Shown: piece by piece, positions 36,170 through 45,382 of the stretch | Layout of the letters: the number at the start of each line of letters is the position of its first letter | Numbering within the stretch: position 1 is the stretch's first letter | Source: Bdellovibrionia bacterium | Lineage (GTDB): Bacteria > Bdellovibrionota > Bdellovibrionia > Bdellovibrionales > JAGQZY01 | Reading direction: 5' to 3' | Length of the DNA: 64,000 nt | Assembly: GCA_030427805.1 (NCBI GenBank) | Contig: JAUICP010000008.1 | Location: 9,075-73,074 of the forward strand | Position numbers and translations under genes: made by a program | Notes under the pieces: model-generated | What the model saw: the letters and a program-made list of their open reading frames with translations, nothing else | Told to the model about the DNA's origin: nothing | Databases searched by the model: none

Positions 36170-39100
36170 ATGGTTTTCTCTAATACTAACTTTCCTTTTT
36201 AGCGTCTGTGTTTTTGGACAAACGGATACTATGTCTGTGGATGAGCTAGAAAGTGACCTTGAGAAAGTCGACACTAAGCTTGAACAGACGAGGGCGAGAA
36301 TTCAAGAGATAAAGGATGTTCGCTTCCTTCCAGACCTTTATTTTATGCTCGCCGAGTTTTATGTATCAAAGAGCCGCTACCAGTATCAAATTAAGTTAAA
36401 AGAAAACGAAGGAGTTCCATTAGAGGAAGTCGACTTCACCCTCGAAAAGAAACCCAAGTTCAAGGCCATTGAGACCTACCAATCTATTGTCGAACGGTTT
36501 CCAAAACTTAAATACGCCGACAAAGCTTTGTTTTATATGGCCCACGAATTTAGAGAGCTGGGTCAATTCGATCAGATGATTGCTACTTATTCGCGCCTTA
36601 CGAGAGAATACCCTAAGAGTGAGTTTTATCCCGAGAGTAAAATTATATTGGGAGACTACGAGTTTAATACTCAGAAGAATATTCGCAAAGCGCTCGGTCA
36701 TTTTAAGGATCTTCTTAAAAGAAAGACTACGGCCTTTACAGCTTTAGCGAGTTATCGAGCTGGATGGTGCTACATCAATTTGCGCTATTTCAAGAACGCC
36801 TTTTATGCCTTCGAAAAAGTTTTAACTGACTATGCGGAGCTCGATCTATCTGAACTTCCGGATCTTTATAAGAAGACAGATATCAAACAAGACGCCCTTT
36901 TAGCTATGGTATGGCCATACAGTGAGATTACTAGAGCTGAGTTTATAAAGATGGGCAAAGGTCGTCATGAGGTCATTGAATACTTTAGAAGACTATCGCC
37001 GACATTGCAGATGTATTTGAAGGTCATGTCTAAATTGGCGCGAAGACTGGTTCTTAAAAAGAGAAATACTTTGGCGACTCGTGTTTATTTTGAACTTTTG
37101 CGACTCTCTCCAGATCTCGATAGCCGTGTTACTTTTGTACCTGAAGTCTATAAAACCTTTCGTAATTCCCAAAGGGATTGGCCATTTTATGGCTTTGTTC
37201 GGGAAATTGCAAAAACAGCGATTCGAGCACGATATTCGCGGGTCTATACTGAACAAGAGAAAAAGAAGATCGACAATGATTATGAGATATTTGCTCGTGA
37301 TATCGCTACGCGCTTACAGAAACAAGCTAGAGAAACGGGTAAAGAGTTCGATTATCTTATGGCAATTGCTGCCTATAAGTCATACCTCAATGCTTTTGAT
37401 GGTTCTAAGTATTCGGCAAAAGTGAGACTGAACCTTGCTGAGAGCTTTTTTAATATAAAGGACTATATAAACGCGGGTAAAGAATATGGTGACCTTGCCA
37501 GACGAGTTAATAGTAGCAAGATGAAGAAGAGTTTACTAAAGTCTTCAATTGAGTCCTATTCTCTGGCTTTAAAGGCGACACTGGATCTCAGCCGTCTTGA
37601 AATTACTGAAGCCCGGGAAGGACTTAGAGAATCGGGAATTAGCTTTCTTAAGCGATTCAAGAAAGACAATTCAACTCCGAGTATTATCCTTAACCTTGGG
37701 CAGACCTATTATGACGAAAGGTCTTTTGATAAAGCCCAAAAAACATTTAGAGCCTTCATTCGCCTTTTCCCAAATAATTCCTCGTTGTCTCTCGTCGTAA
37801 ACCTATTGATCGATACCTATCGCCAACAAGAAGACATTGATGGTCTCATTAAACAGGTGAAAACCCTCATTAAAAATAAATCGATTCGAATAGCTAGCGT
37901 CAGAAATACCTTACAGCAAATTCTTCAGCAAGCCGAGATTCGCAAGGTTCAAGACGATAATGATGATCCCACTGAATACGGTAAAAATCTTCTTAAGCTG
38001 GCGCAAAAATATAAGGGGAGTGAAGTCGGTGATAAGGCTCTCTTTGAAGCCTTTCAAACATTCAAGGCAAAAAAAGATCAGAGAGCTTTTGCTGTGGGAG
38101 AAAAGCTCTTAGCAAACCACTCGAAATCTAAATACGCCAAAGAGGTGGTAACCCAGCTGGGTCAGTTGTCGTTGCTAAATGCTGACTTGCGCAGAGCCTC
38201 ACTCTATTTTGAAGTTTTTTACAATAAATATCCTAACGACAGGCAAGCCAAAGAGCTCTTGCTAACAGCTGCCCAATTTAGAAAATCTCTGGGTGACTAT
38301 CGTTTTGCGGCGACCAATTTTAAACGGCTGGGGCAGAATAATGAAGTTGCTGAGTCCCATTATCTTGCACAAGATTGGTCGAGTCTTTTGCGTAGTGCTA
38401 CTAATGTTGGTGGTCTAAAGAGTGTCTATTGGCGTGGTCTTGCCGCCTATCGCTTGCAAAAAACGAGAGAGGCCCTGCCACTTCTTAAAAAGGTGAGTCA
38501 AAGTAGTTCGAAGTCAGTTGAAGAAAAAACGATGATTGCCCATTCACTCTACATCGTTTCACTTGGTACCCTTCGTGAATTTGATGCGGTTCAAATCAGA
38601 AGAGGAAACGAGGCCGCAGCTGTAAATAGAAAGGCGCAACTTCTGCAAGAGCTGACTCAGACCTTTCAAAAGGTGATCGGTCTTGGCGATGGAACTTGGA
38701 CCGTTGCTTCTTTTTATAGCTTGGGGCAAACATACCTGAATTTTGCAGAGTTTATTGCCAATTCACCCATTCCCAAGGGATTTCCAAAGAAACAAGTCGC
38801 TCTCTATAAGAGGGAATTAAAAAAGCAATCGAGTCAGTATGCCGAAGCGGCGGCTGGATACTTTACCCAGTGTATCGAGGTGAGCAGAAAGTATAATATT
38901 TTTACGGCCTTTACCAAGGGTTGTCTCTCGGGTGGAAAGAAGAAGGTTACGGAGATAGAAGCCCTTGGATCTCCGGCAAAAGCGGGTGATTTAGCCATCG
39001 CTGAAGCCTCTCGATTGCGCCGATCTTTGCTGGATAAGCCACGGGATATAGGAACCCTAATCGAACTGAGTCGCGTTCACGTCGAAGCTAAGGACTATCA

Positions 39101-39389
39101 AATGGGTCTTGCCATCCTCGATCGAGCCCTAGAAATCGCTCCGGATAATGCAAAATTGTTGGCCCTGAAGGGGGTCATTTATCTTTATTTAAATAAATTT
39201 TCGGATTCTCATCATTTTTTTCAGGCCTCGTTGAAGAAGTCGTCAAAAAGTTCTACAGCACTTTGGGGAATGGCTGCCTTGTACCAGCAGTTTGGCCAAT
39301 TGAAGAAGGCGAAACAGCATGTTTCAAAAGCGAAAAAGATTTCGAAAAAATTAGATATTTCGCATCCTTATATTAACTCTCTCAAATAG
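36156..39389 (+). CDS. Large secreted TPR-repeat protein, 1077 aa (GltD/AgmU-like?)
   Basis: The signal peptide is FSLILTFLFSVCVFG. There are many TPR-like units (YADKALFYMAHEFRELGQFDQMIATYSRLTREYPKSEF ... DYQMGLAILDRALEIAPDNAKLLALKG). The start codon is TTG and overlaps the upstream gene. Confidence 0.6.
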   Translation: MIKSKWFSLILTFLFSVCVFGQTDTMSVDELESDLEKVDTKLEQTRARIQEIKDVRFLPDLYFMLAEFYVSKSRYQYQIKLKENEGVPLEEVDFTLEKKPKFKAIETYQSIVERFPKLKYADKALFYMAHEFRELGQFDQMIATYSRLTREYPKSEFYPESKIILGDYEFNTQKNIRKALGHFKDLLKRKTTAFTALASYRAGWCYINLRYFKNAFYAFEKVLTDYAELDLSELPDLYKKTDIKQDALLAMVWPYSEITRAEFIKMGKGRHEVIEYFRRLSPTLQMYLKVMSKLARRLVLKKRNTLATRVYFELLRLSPDLDSRVTFVPEVYKTFRNSQRDWPFYGFVREIAKTAIRARYSRVYTEQEKKKIDNDYEIFARDIATRLQKQARETGKEFDYLMAIAAYKSYLNAFDGSKYSAKVRLNLAESFFNIKDYINAGKEYGDLARRVNSSKMKKSLLKSSIESYSLALKATLDLSRLEITEAREGLRESGISFLKRFKKDNSTPSIILNLGQTYYDERSFDKAQKTFRAFIRLFPNNSSLSLVVNLLIDTYRQQEDIDGLIKQVKTLIKNKSIRIASVRNTLQQILQQAEIRKVQDDNDDPTEYGKNLLKLAQKYKGSEVGDKALFEAFQTFKAKKDQRAFAVGEKLLANHSKSKYAKEVVTQLGQLSLLNADLRRASLYFEVFYNKYPNDRQAKELLLTAAQFRKSLGDYRFAATNFKRLGQNNEVAESHYLAQDWSSLLRSATNVGGLKSVYWRGLAAYRLQKTREALPLLKKVSQSSSKSVEEKTMIAHSLYIVSLGTLREFDAVQIRRGNEAAAVNRKAQLLQELTQTFQKVIGLGDGTWTVASFYSLGQTYLNFAEFIANSPIPKGFPKKQVALYKRELKKQSSQYAEAAAGYFTQCIEVSRKYNIFTAFTKGCLSGGKKKVTEIEALGSPAKAGDLAIAEASRLRRSLLDKPRDIGTLIELSRVHVEAKDYQMGLAILDRALEIAPDNAKLLALKGVIYLYLNKFSDSHHFFQASLKKSSKSSTALWGMAALYQQFGQLKKAKQHVSKAKKISKKLDISHPYINSLK

Positions 39390-39475
39390 ATTCGGTGTTG
39401 CCCTGCTTGACTGTCGATAATTATTTCGACACTCCCAAACGAGAAAAAAAAGTGACTACTCCCCCTACAGTTTCA

Positions 39476-39487
39476 GGACTTTAGTCC
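39476..39487. promoter_or_regulatory. Palindrome GGACTTTAGTCC, 26 nt upstream of the TonB-like gene
   Basis: There are 5-bp inverted arms. The core GACTTTAGTC also occurs inside both 71-bp repeats (at about 1205 and 7854). Confidence 0.3.
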
Positions 39488-39512
39488 GATAGGAATAGCC
39501 TAGGGGTGGACA

Positions 39513-41450
39513 TTGAAAACTTTGGTTGAGGGGTTTGCTTTGCGCGTACTCATGTACCACGAAAGCTACCTGATTTTTGACAAACTAATCGATAAGACGC
39601 ATGTGCGAGTTGGACACGAAGCACATTGCGATATCTATATACCTAAAAGATCGGACCTTGAGGATGCGAACTACGATTTCGTTTTCCGGGACAATCAATG
39701 GTTCGTCGAATTTGTAAAAAACCACCAGAAACAATCAGAAAAATTCGTCAATTTCGATATCACTTATAGCGATATTGAAATCCAAGTGCGAATTCCTGAT
39801 AAATTGGTCAATACAGATGTTACGCCCACTAATGATTTAGAGATTCATAGCAATGACACTATCGTAGGGTTAGAGCAGCCCCATGTAGAGGGTCTTGGCG
39901 TTCCCAAGCCATCCTCTCCGGAGCCGGCACAATCTCGGCCGAGCATGTATTCAGATTATGATTCAAAAACGTCTCGAATGAGACTTAAGGATTTTGCTTC
40001 GAAGCCAATTAATCGTTCGGGACTTTCAGTTCTTGATTTGGACAGCATCAAGAAATTGAACTCTCCTCACGGTAAAGTCGTCGAGGCCACAGTTCTTTGG
40101 AAAGATACACTTATTAGCAACCAACTCTTCTATCCAGGAGATACCGTAACTCTTCGACCGAGTAAGGATGGCGGTTACGGAGTTGATGTTGATGTCCTTC
40201 CTAAGAAAATTAACATTGCTTATTTTGATGGAGAATCTCTCCAGTGTAAAATTCCTGCGACCTGGAAGTCTTTTGTGGAGAAGGATTCGGTAGATGTATC
40301 GATGGACGACCTTCTCTTGACTAAAAAGGCACGAAAGGACGGTCCTAACGCAGCTTTCTTACTGAGATCTGATGAAATTCTACGAATTGGACTCGAGGGT
40401 GACCTAATGGTTCATCTTCGCTGGGTTCCCGCTCCTCCTAAGTTATTTAAAGGAAGAATGGCGAGTCAGGATGTTCGATTTCAAGAAATTTCACTTTCAT
40501 CACTAATGTTTCACTGTTTTCTTGTTCTCGTTGCCCTATTGGCTGCGCCAACGGCAGAGGAGAAAAAGAAAGACGAGCCAGTTCGATATGCAACCATAAA
40601 AATCGAAGAAGTAAAGCCGAAGCCGACGCCAGAGCCAACTCCCGCACCGACTCCGGTTGCTAAGAAAGAGCCACCTAAACCTAAACCGGTGGCAAAAAAG
40701 AAACCTAAAAAGCCTAAAAAGAAAATTGCTAAGAAAAAGCCAATTAAGAAGCTTAAATACAATAAGAAGTTGAAAATAGTCGCTAAGGCTAAACCCAATA
40801 AAAAGGTTAAAGCGCCACGTCCTGCAATGGACAACGTTGGTGTCTTAGCTGCGCTTGGAGCCATTTCGAAGAGTAGTCGAAGTTTGGCAATGAACAAGCC
40901 CATAGCCGTCAACATCAATAAGAATGCCGGTGGGGCCAAAGGAAATCTGACTACGAAATCAGTGATCGGAGCCCTTAAGTCTAAATCAGGAAAATTAGTC
41001 GCTGGCGGAATGCAATCCGTTGGGAAGCCCGGAAAAGGCTTTGGTTCAGGAACTGGATATGGTGTTCAAGGAATCAAAGGTACAGCTGGTCAAAGAGGAG
41101 TAACCGGTACTGTTGTTGGAGTCCCTGAGTTGATGGAACTCAACGAAAGAGAAGAAGGTCTTTCTCGAAAAATCGTAATGGATATTGTTAAAAAGCACTT
41201 AAGTAAGATACAGCGCTGCTATGAATTATCACTTATGAAACAGCCTAATTTAGCTGGAAGAGTTGAATACGAATGGCTGATTACCGCCTCTGGTAAAGTT
41301 CAAAATGTAAAAGTGAAGAAATCAAATGTTGGTAAAGGAGACGCTCTCAATGGATGTGTCTTCTCAGTATTTAAAAAGATGAAGTTTCCTAAAGCTAAAA
41401 ATGGAGAATCCACATTGCCTTCAATTGGATTCCCATTTGGACGTCTCTAG
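39513..41450 (+). CDS. TonB-like energy-transducer with a Pro/Lys-rich spacer and an AgmX/PglI-type C-terminal domain
   Basis: The central TM segment is LMFHCFLVLVALLAAP. The spacer is KPKPTPEPTPAPTPVAKKEPPKPKPVAKKKPKKPKKK. The C-terminus SRKIVMDIVKKHLSKIQRCYE...GRVEYEWLITASGKV...NGCV...KFPKAKNG...FPF resembles TonB_C / AgmX-PglI tails. Confidence 0.6.
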   Translation: MKTLVEGFALRVLMYHESYLIFDKLIDKTHVRVGHEAHCDIYIPKRSDLEDANYDFVFRDNQWFVEFVKNHQKQSEKFVNFDITYSDIEIQVRIPDKLVNTDVTPTNDLEIHSNDTIVGLEQPHVEGLGVPKPSSPEPAQSRPSMYSDYDSKTSRMRLKDFASKPINRSGLSVLDLDSIKKLNSPHGKVVEATVLWKDTLISNQLFYPGDTVTLRPSKDGGYGVDVDVLPKKINIAYFDGESLQCKIPATWKSFVEKDSVDVSMDDLLLTKKARKDGPNAAFLLRSDEILRIGLEGDLMVHLRWVPAPPKLFKGRMASQDVRFQEISLSSLMFHCFLVLVALLAAPTAEEKKKDEPVRYATIKIEEVKPKPTPEPTPAPTPVAKKEPPKPKPVAKKKPKKPKKKIAKKKPIKKLKYNKKLKIVAKAKPNKKVKAPRPAMDNVGVLAALGAISKSSRSLAMNKPIAVNINKNAGGAKGNLTTKSVIGALKSKSGKLVAGGMQSVGKPGKGFGSGTGYGVQGIKGTAGQRGVTGTVVGVPELMELNEREEGLSRKIVMDIVKKHLSKIQRCYELSLMKQPNLAGRVEYEWLITASGKVQNVKVKKSNVGKGDALNGCVFSVFKKMKFPKAKNGESTLPSIGFPFGRL

Positions 41451-41484
41451 GGTGGATTTATAGGTTTAAACAAAGGGTGACAAG

Positions 41485-42144
41485 ATGATTGAAATGTTAG
41501 GAGAAAAGTTTGCAGAAGGTGGGATGTGGATGTGGCCACTTGTGGCGTGTTCATTTCTTGGCTTGGCTATCGCCATTGAGCGATTTTTCGTTTTAGCGGC
41601 CGCAACTCGAGTGAGTAAGGGACAGCTAATGACGAGTCTCAATGGATTTATTGTAAAAGGACAGATTTCGCAGGCTTTGGCCCTCGTTTCTAACGTTAAA
41701 ACGCCAATGACTAATATAATTCACTCGGGACTTAATGCCATTGTAAATGGTGGTGATGCGAGTGATGTACAGACTTCAATGGATGCCGTTGCACTTAGAG
41801 AAATTCCAAGTCTCGAAAAAAGAATTGGTTTTCTTTCGACTCTGGCGAATATTGCAACTCTTCTTGGGCTTCTCGGTACGGTAGCTGGTCTGATTGGAGC
41901 TTTCGACGGAATTGCCACCGTTTCAGCCTCCGAAAAGAGTGCCTATTTAACTTCACAAATCGCCATCGCCATGAACACCACGGCTGGTGGATTGATTGTC
42001 GCGATTCCTTTACTGGGTGCTTATGGTTACCTCAGTGCTAAGGCTCAGGCCATTAGTGATGACGTATCAGAGGTGTCTGTTGCGACTTTGAACTTTATTA
42101 TTGCTAATCAACACAAGATTAAAGGGATGAAGAAAGTTGGCTAG
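41485..42144 (+). CDS. MotA/TolQ/ExbB-family proton channel (AglR-like)
   Basis: GGMWMWPLVACSFLGLAIAIERF is present, together with a C-terminal TM pair (LLGLLGTVAGLIGAF ... AMNTTAGGLIVAIPLL) typical of the family. Confidence 0.9.
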   Translation: MIEMLGEKFAEGGMWMWPLVACSFLGLAIAIERFFVLAAATRVSKGQLMTSLNGFIVKGQISQALALVSNVKTPMTNIIHSGLNAIVNGGDASDVQTSMDAVALREIPSLEKRIGFLSTLANIATLLGLLGTVAGLIGAFDGIATVSASEKSAYLTSQIAIAMNTTAGGLIVAIPLLGAYGYLSAKAQAISDDVSEVSVATLNFIIANQHKIKGMKKVG

Positions 42145-42574
42145 AAAGAACACGACTGAGGATCTTGACCTCACACCATTCATAGGTTTATTTGCGATGC
42201 TAGTGATCTTGCTGATTGTCACCGCTGCATGGAATCACTTGGAATCCTTTAAGACCAAAACGGATAGTGTCACAGCTGCTGAGTCAACTCCCCCCGAGGA
42301 CGAGAAGAAGAAGCAGATTAAGCTTTCGGTACTTATTCAACCAAAAGAAATTAATTTAAAGCTCGATGAAGATGGTCAGATTTACCCATTCATCGTTAAA
42401 GATTTTGATAGAGAAGAAATTAAAGAGCGCTTAGCTCTTTGGAAACAGCGATATCCAAAGAAGAAGGATGTCGTTTTAATCACAGATAACAGTGTGGACT
42501 ATGGTCAGATGATCGAAATGATGGACCTTCTCGTAGCGGGTGGGTTTCCAGATGTAGGAGTGAGTACACAGTAA
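42137..42574 (+). CDS. ExbD/TolR-family protein
   Basis: LDLTPFIGLFAMLVILLIV is the N-terminal TM signature. The size is 145 aa. The gene overlaps the upstream gene. Confidence 0.8.
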   Translation: MARKNTTEDLDLTPFIGLFAMLVILLIVTAAWNHLESFKTKTDSVTAAESTPPEDEKKKQIKLSVLIQPKEINLKLDEDGQIYPFIVKDFDREEIKERLALWKQRYPKKKDVVLITDNSVDYGQMIEMMDLLVAGGFPDVGVSTQ

Positions 42575-43170
42575 TGGCTATTAACTTTAGACCTATAAAA
42601 AGTAAAATAGAAGCTCCAGGTAATCATATTAAACCAAAATATGATTTAGACGGACTTCGCGCCAGAAAGGAAGCGCAAAAGGCAGCCAAGAGTACTCCTC
42701 CATTGCCCTTGACCTCGATGATCGACATGCTTTCGATGTTAGTTATTTTCTTGATCATGAATTTTTCAGAGCAAGGGGATGTGTTTTTTAATCAAAAGGA
42801 CGAAGTCAAATTGCCACGGGCTGAAAACGCGGCTCCTCTCGAAGGCCTGCCTTTGATTTCGGTTCTCGAGGATCGTGTTTTATTGGAAATGCCTGACACG
42901 GTTATAGGTAAAAAAGTTTCTATCGAAGATAACGACCTAGAAACATTATTGAGAGTCAGAAGAGTGCTTCGCTATGTAAAGCAAAAGCATGACGCCGAAA
43001 ATCCAGGTAAAGAATTTAGAGGTGCTGTCAATATCCAGGCGGATACGGGTGTTGAGAGTAAGAAGATAAAAATGGTAATGAATGCACTCATTACTGAACA
43101 ATGGTTAGAGATTAACTTTGCTGTAAGAAAGTTTTCAGGGAAGTCACAGAAAACGGCAATGAGAAATTAA
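42574..43170 (+). CDS. ExbD/TolR-family protein (second copy)
   Basis: The TM signature is LPLTSMIDMLSMLVIFLIMNF. A TAATG stop/start overlap couples it to the upstream gene. Confidence 0.8.
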   Translation: MAINFRPIKSKIEAPGNHIKPKYDLDGLRARKEAQKAAKSTPPLPLTSMIDMLSMLVIFLIMNFSEQGDVFFNQKDEVKLPRAENAAPLEGLPLISVLEDRVLLEMPDTVIGKKVSIEDNDLETLLRVRRVLRYVKQKHDAENPGKEFRGAVNIQADTGVESKKIKMVMNALITEQWLEINFAVRKFSGKSQKTAMRN

Positions 43171-43623
43171 ATGAAACTAAAGATACTATTAATTTGCTTA
43201 TTATTTCCAATTTGTGCTCTAGGTGAAGAGGATGTTCTGCCTATTGCGCCGGAGGCAATGGGCGAATTTGAAGGTAAAGAAATTAAAGTGTTTGCACCCA
43301 ATCCTCGCTTAGTTGTGTCCACCCAGACTCAATCAAAGAAGGCTCTGTCCAAGTCTCCTTTAATTAAGCGAAGGGTTGGGAAGCAATCACAATTAAAAAA
43401 GAATTCAAAGAGAAAGCTAGTAAAACAGTCTAACTCTAGAAATATTAAAGGTAAGGTAATAAGGAGAAGACAGCCTAGTTCAACAGGAGCTAGGAATCTT
43501 CAAAGAGCAGACCGTAAACGGAAAATAAAAGGAAAAGTCTCAAAAAGTAGGAAGCGGCCTTCAGGTCGAGTACCAGCTTCAGTGGCGGAAAAGCGGGTAT
43601 CACGATCTAAAAACCGTATGTAA
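43171..43623 (+). CDS. Small secreted, extremely basic (K/R-rich) protein
   Basis: The signal peptide is MKLKILLICLLFPICALG. The C-terminal 90 aa are mostly K, R and S. The ATG follows the upstream stop directly. Confidence 0.45.
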   Translation: MKLKILLICLLFPICALGEEDVLPIAPEAMGEFEGKEIKVFAPNPRLVVSTQTQSKKALSKSPLIKRRVGKQSQLKKNSKRKLVKQSNSRNIKGKVIRRRQPSSTGARNLQRADRKRKIKGKVSKSRKRPSGRVPASVAEKRVSRSKNRM

Positions 43624-43642
43624 GTTGTCCGGGGGAGGACAT

Positions 43643-45337
43643 ATGAATATGTCATTGAGACATAAAAGAAAGACTTTTATAAATACGATTCTGCTATTAA
43701 TCGTAACGATCGGACTGGGTCAAGCCTGTTCGAAAGTGAATCTCAATCGTATCGACTCAACTCAAGTATTTTCTTCGAAGGGTTCGTTCTGCGTGTCGGT
43801 TGATGATTTTACTCGATATAATAAGATTCTTTTTGTCATCGATAAATCTGGAAGTAATGGTAATAATGATCCAAACGACATAAGACGTGGTGACAATATT
43901 CAACGCTTTCTCGATCAGTTTCGCGCCGACCAATACTATCGGTGGGGACTCATTTCTTTTAATGGTGACGAAGCGAATTCTTACATTATTGATCCCGTTT
44001 CTGGGTCTCCTGCATTTGGGGATTCTAATCAGATGCAAACGGCAATTAACACCTATCGAAACGATCCTGACAATGGACAGACGCCTTATTTAACGGCACT
44101 GGGCATTGCCAAGCAGACTATTGAAGCGGACATGATCACTAATCCCCAAGAAGATTCCGTATACAATATTTTCTTTATGTCTGATGGGAGACCCACTGAT
44201 GGCCCGACGGATTACGTGCAAAACAGTCCTACGGACCCTTACGTACGGGCAGTTAGAGACATTATTTCTATTGCGCCCAATCGGATTTTCTTGAGTACTG
44301 CTTTTTACACCCCAGGTGCTGCTGATACTGTGATCGAGGCACTAGGGCTTCGCTATTTGGCAGAAGCCGGTGGTGGCTCCTTTACGAACATGGAAAATAA
44401 CGACACCATCGATTTCGATGAAGTTCGAGTGGGTATACGCAAGAAAGCCATGGTTATTAAACGAATGGGAATCGTCAATCTAAATTCTGGCTTCTGTCTG
44501 GACGGAACGGTTGGCGTCGATTCAGATGCCGACGGCCTTTGTGATAAAGACGAGATTTGGATTAATGAGAATTACCAAAACGCTCTCGAGGGGCAGCAAC
44601 TGGACCCAAGAAATCGAAATTCTATTCATGCGGCCTATAGTGATAAGTTTGTTTACAAATTTCAACTTCTTCCTACGGGTGATCGACTGGGTAACTGCAC
44701 CTTCGGAGTCGATGATGAAGACTTTGACTTAGTGAACCCTTGTGAAGAAATGATGCTCAATGATAATAATGCGAACGGACCGACTCCTCAGTGGACTGAA
44801 CAAATGCGTAATGCATCCGGTGGTACTGCTGATAAAACCAACCCCGATTCTGATGGTGATGGTTTCCTTGATGGTTTAGAGTTTTACCAATTTGGAATTA
44901 GAGCTTCAGCGGTCAACTACCTCAATATTCTGGAGCGCTTTTCGGGTGGAATAACCGGTGAAGATCTTATGACGGAGCACAGGCATCCAAGATTTCCGGA
45001 ACGCTTTGATGCTAATAGCTACGATGCTTCTTTGCTCTATGCCGGAGTTAATATGGAGGGAGAAAATTGCTATAACTTTAACCAAAGTCAGTTAGCACTT
45101 TATCCGACTTTAGAGGTTCCAGATACTTCGACGCCCATCGAGCGCTTGAGACATGGTGCTGGAGAAAATGTCGTATTGATGTACTATATTGCGGTTCCAG
45201 AGGACGACCCCAACTCAAAAGGTTACCTCTTTCACTCCTACCAAAAGGTTCCCTACACAGAGAAGAGCGGAATTCTTGGTTTGAAGTATGACCAGTACGA
45301 GATGTATAAGATTCCGAATTTCCCGGCGATTAATTGA
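43643..45337 (+). CDS. Lipoprotein with a von Willebrand factor A domain and thrombospondin-type-3-like Ca-binding repeats
   Basis: The lipobox is LGQAC. The MIDAS motif is VIDKSGSNG. There are DSDADGLCDKDE and NPDSDGDGFLDGLE repeats. I chose the ATG at 43643 after GGGGGAGGA. The track ORF starts at 43625. Confidence 0.75.
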   Translation: MNMSLRHKRKTFINTILLLIVTIGLGQACSKVNLNRIDSTQVFSSKGSFCVSVDDFTRYNKILFVIDKSGSNGNNDPNDIRRGDNIQRFLDQFRADQYYRWGLISFNGDEANSYIIDPVSGSPAFGDSNQMQTAINTYRNDPDNGQTPYLTALGIAKQTIEADMITNPQEDSVYNIFFMSDGRPTDGPTDYVQNSPTDPYVRAVRDIISIAPNRIFLSTAFYTPGAADTVIEALGLRYLAEAGGGSFTNMENNDTIDFDEVRVGIRKKAMVIKRMGIVNLNSGFCLDGTVGVDSDADGLCDKDEIWINENYQNALEGQQLDPRNRNSIHAAYSDKFVYKFQLLPTGDRLGNCTFGVDDEDFDLVNPCEEMMLNDNNANGPTPQWTEQMRNASGGTADKTNPDSDGDGFLDGLEFYQFGIRASAVNYLNILERFSGGITGEDLMTEHRHPRFPERFDANSYDASLLYAGVNMEGENCYNFNQSQLALYPTLEVPDTSTPIERLRHGAGENVVLMYYIAVPEDDPNSKGYLFHSYQKVPYTEKSGILGLKYDQYEMYKIPNFPAIN

Positions 45338-45382
45338 TGATTTAGACTAGCCATAGCTGAGCTCATCCCATAGAGTAGAGCT

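Noticed and set aside
40511-40939. A 142-aa minus-strand ORF.
   Set aside because: It is antisense to the Pro/Lys-rich spacer of the TonB-like gene. Its low-complexity composition mirrors that spacer, so it is a shadow ORF.
41485-43170. The TolQ/TolR-like genes could be the Tol-Pal system or a classical ExbBD-TonB uptake system.
   Set aside because: There is no TolA, TolB, Pal or CpoB and no TonB-dependent receptor in the cluster. Instead the genes are co-oriented and overlapping with giant TPR proteins and an AgmX/PglI-type tail protein.
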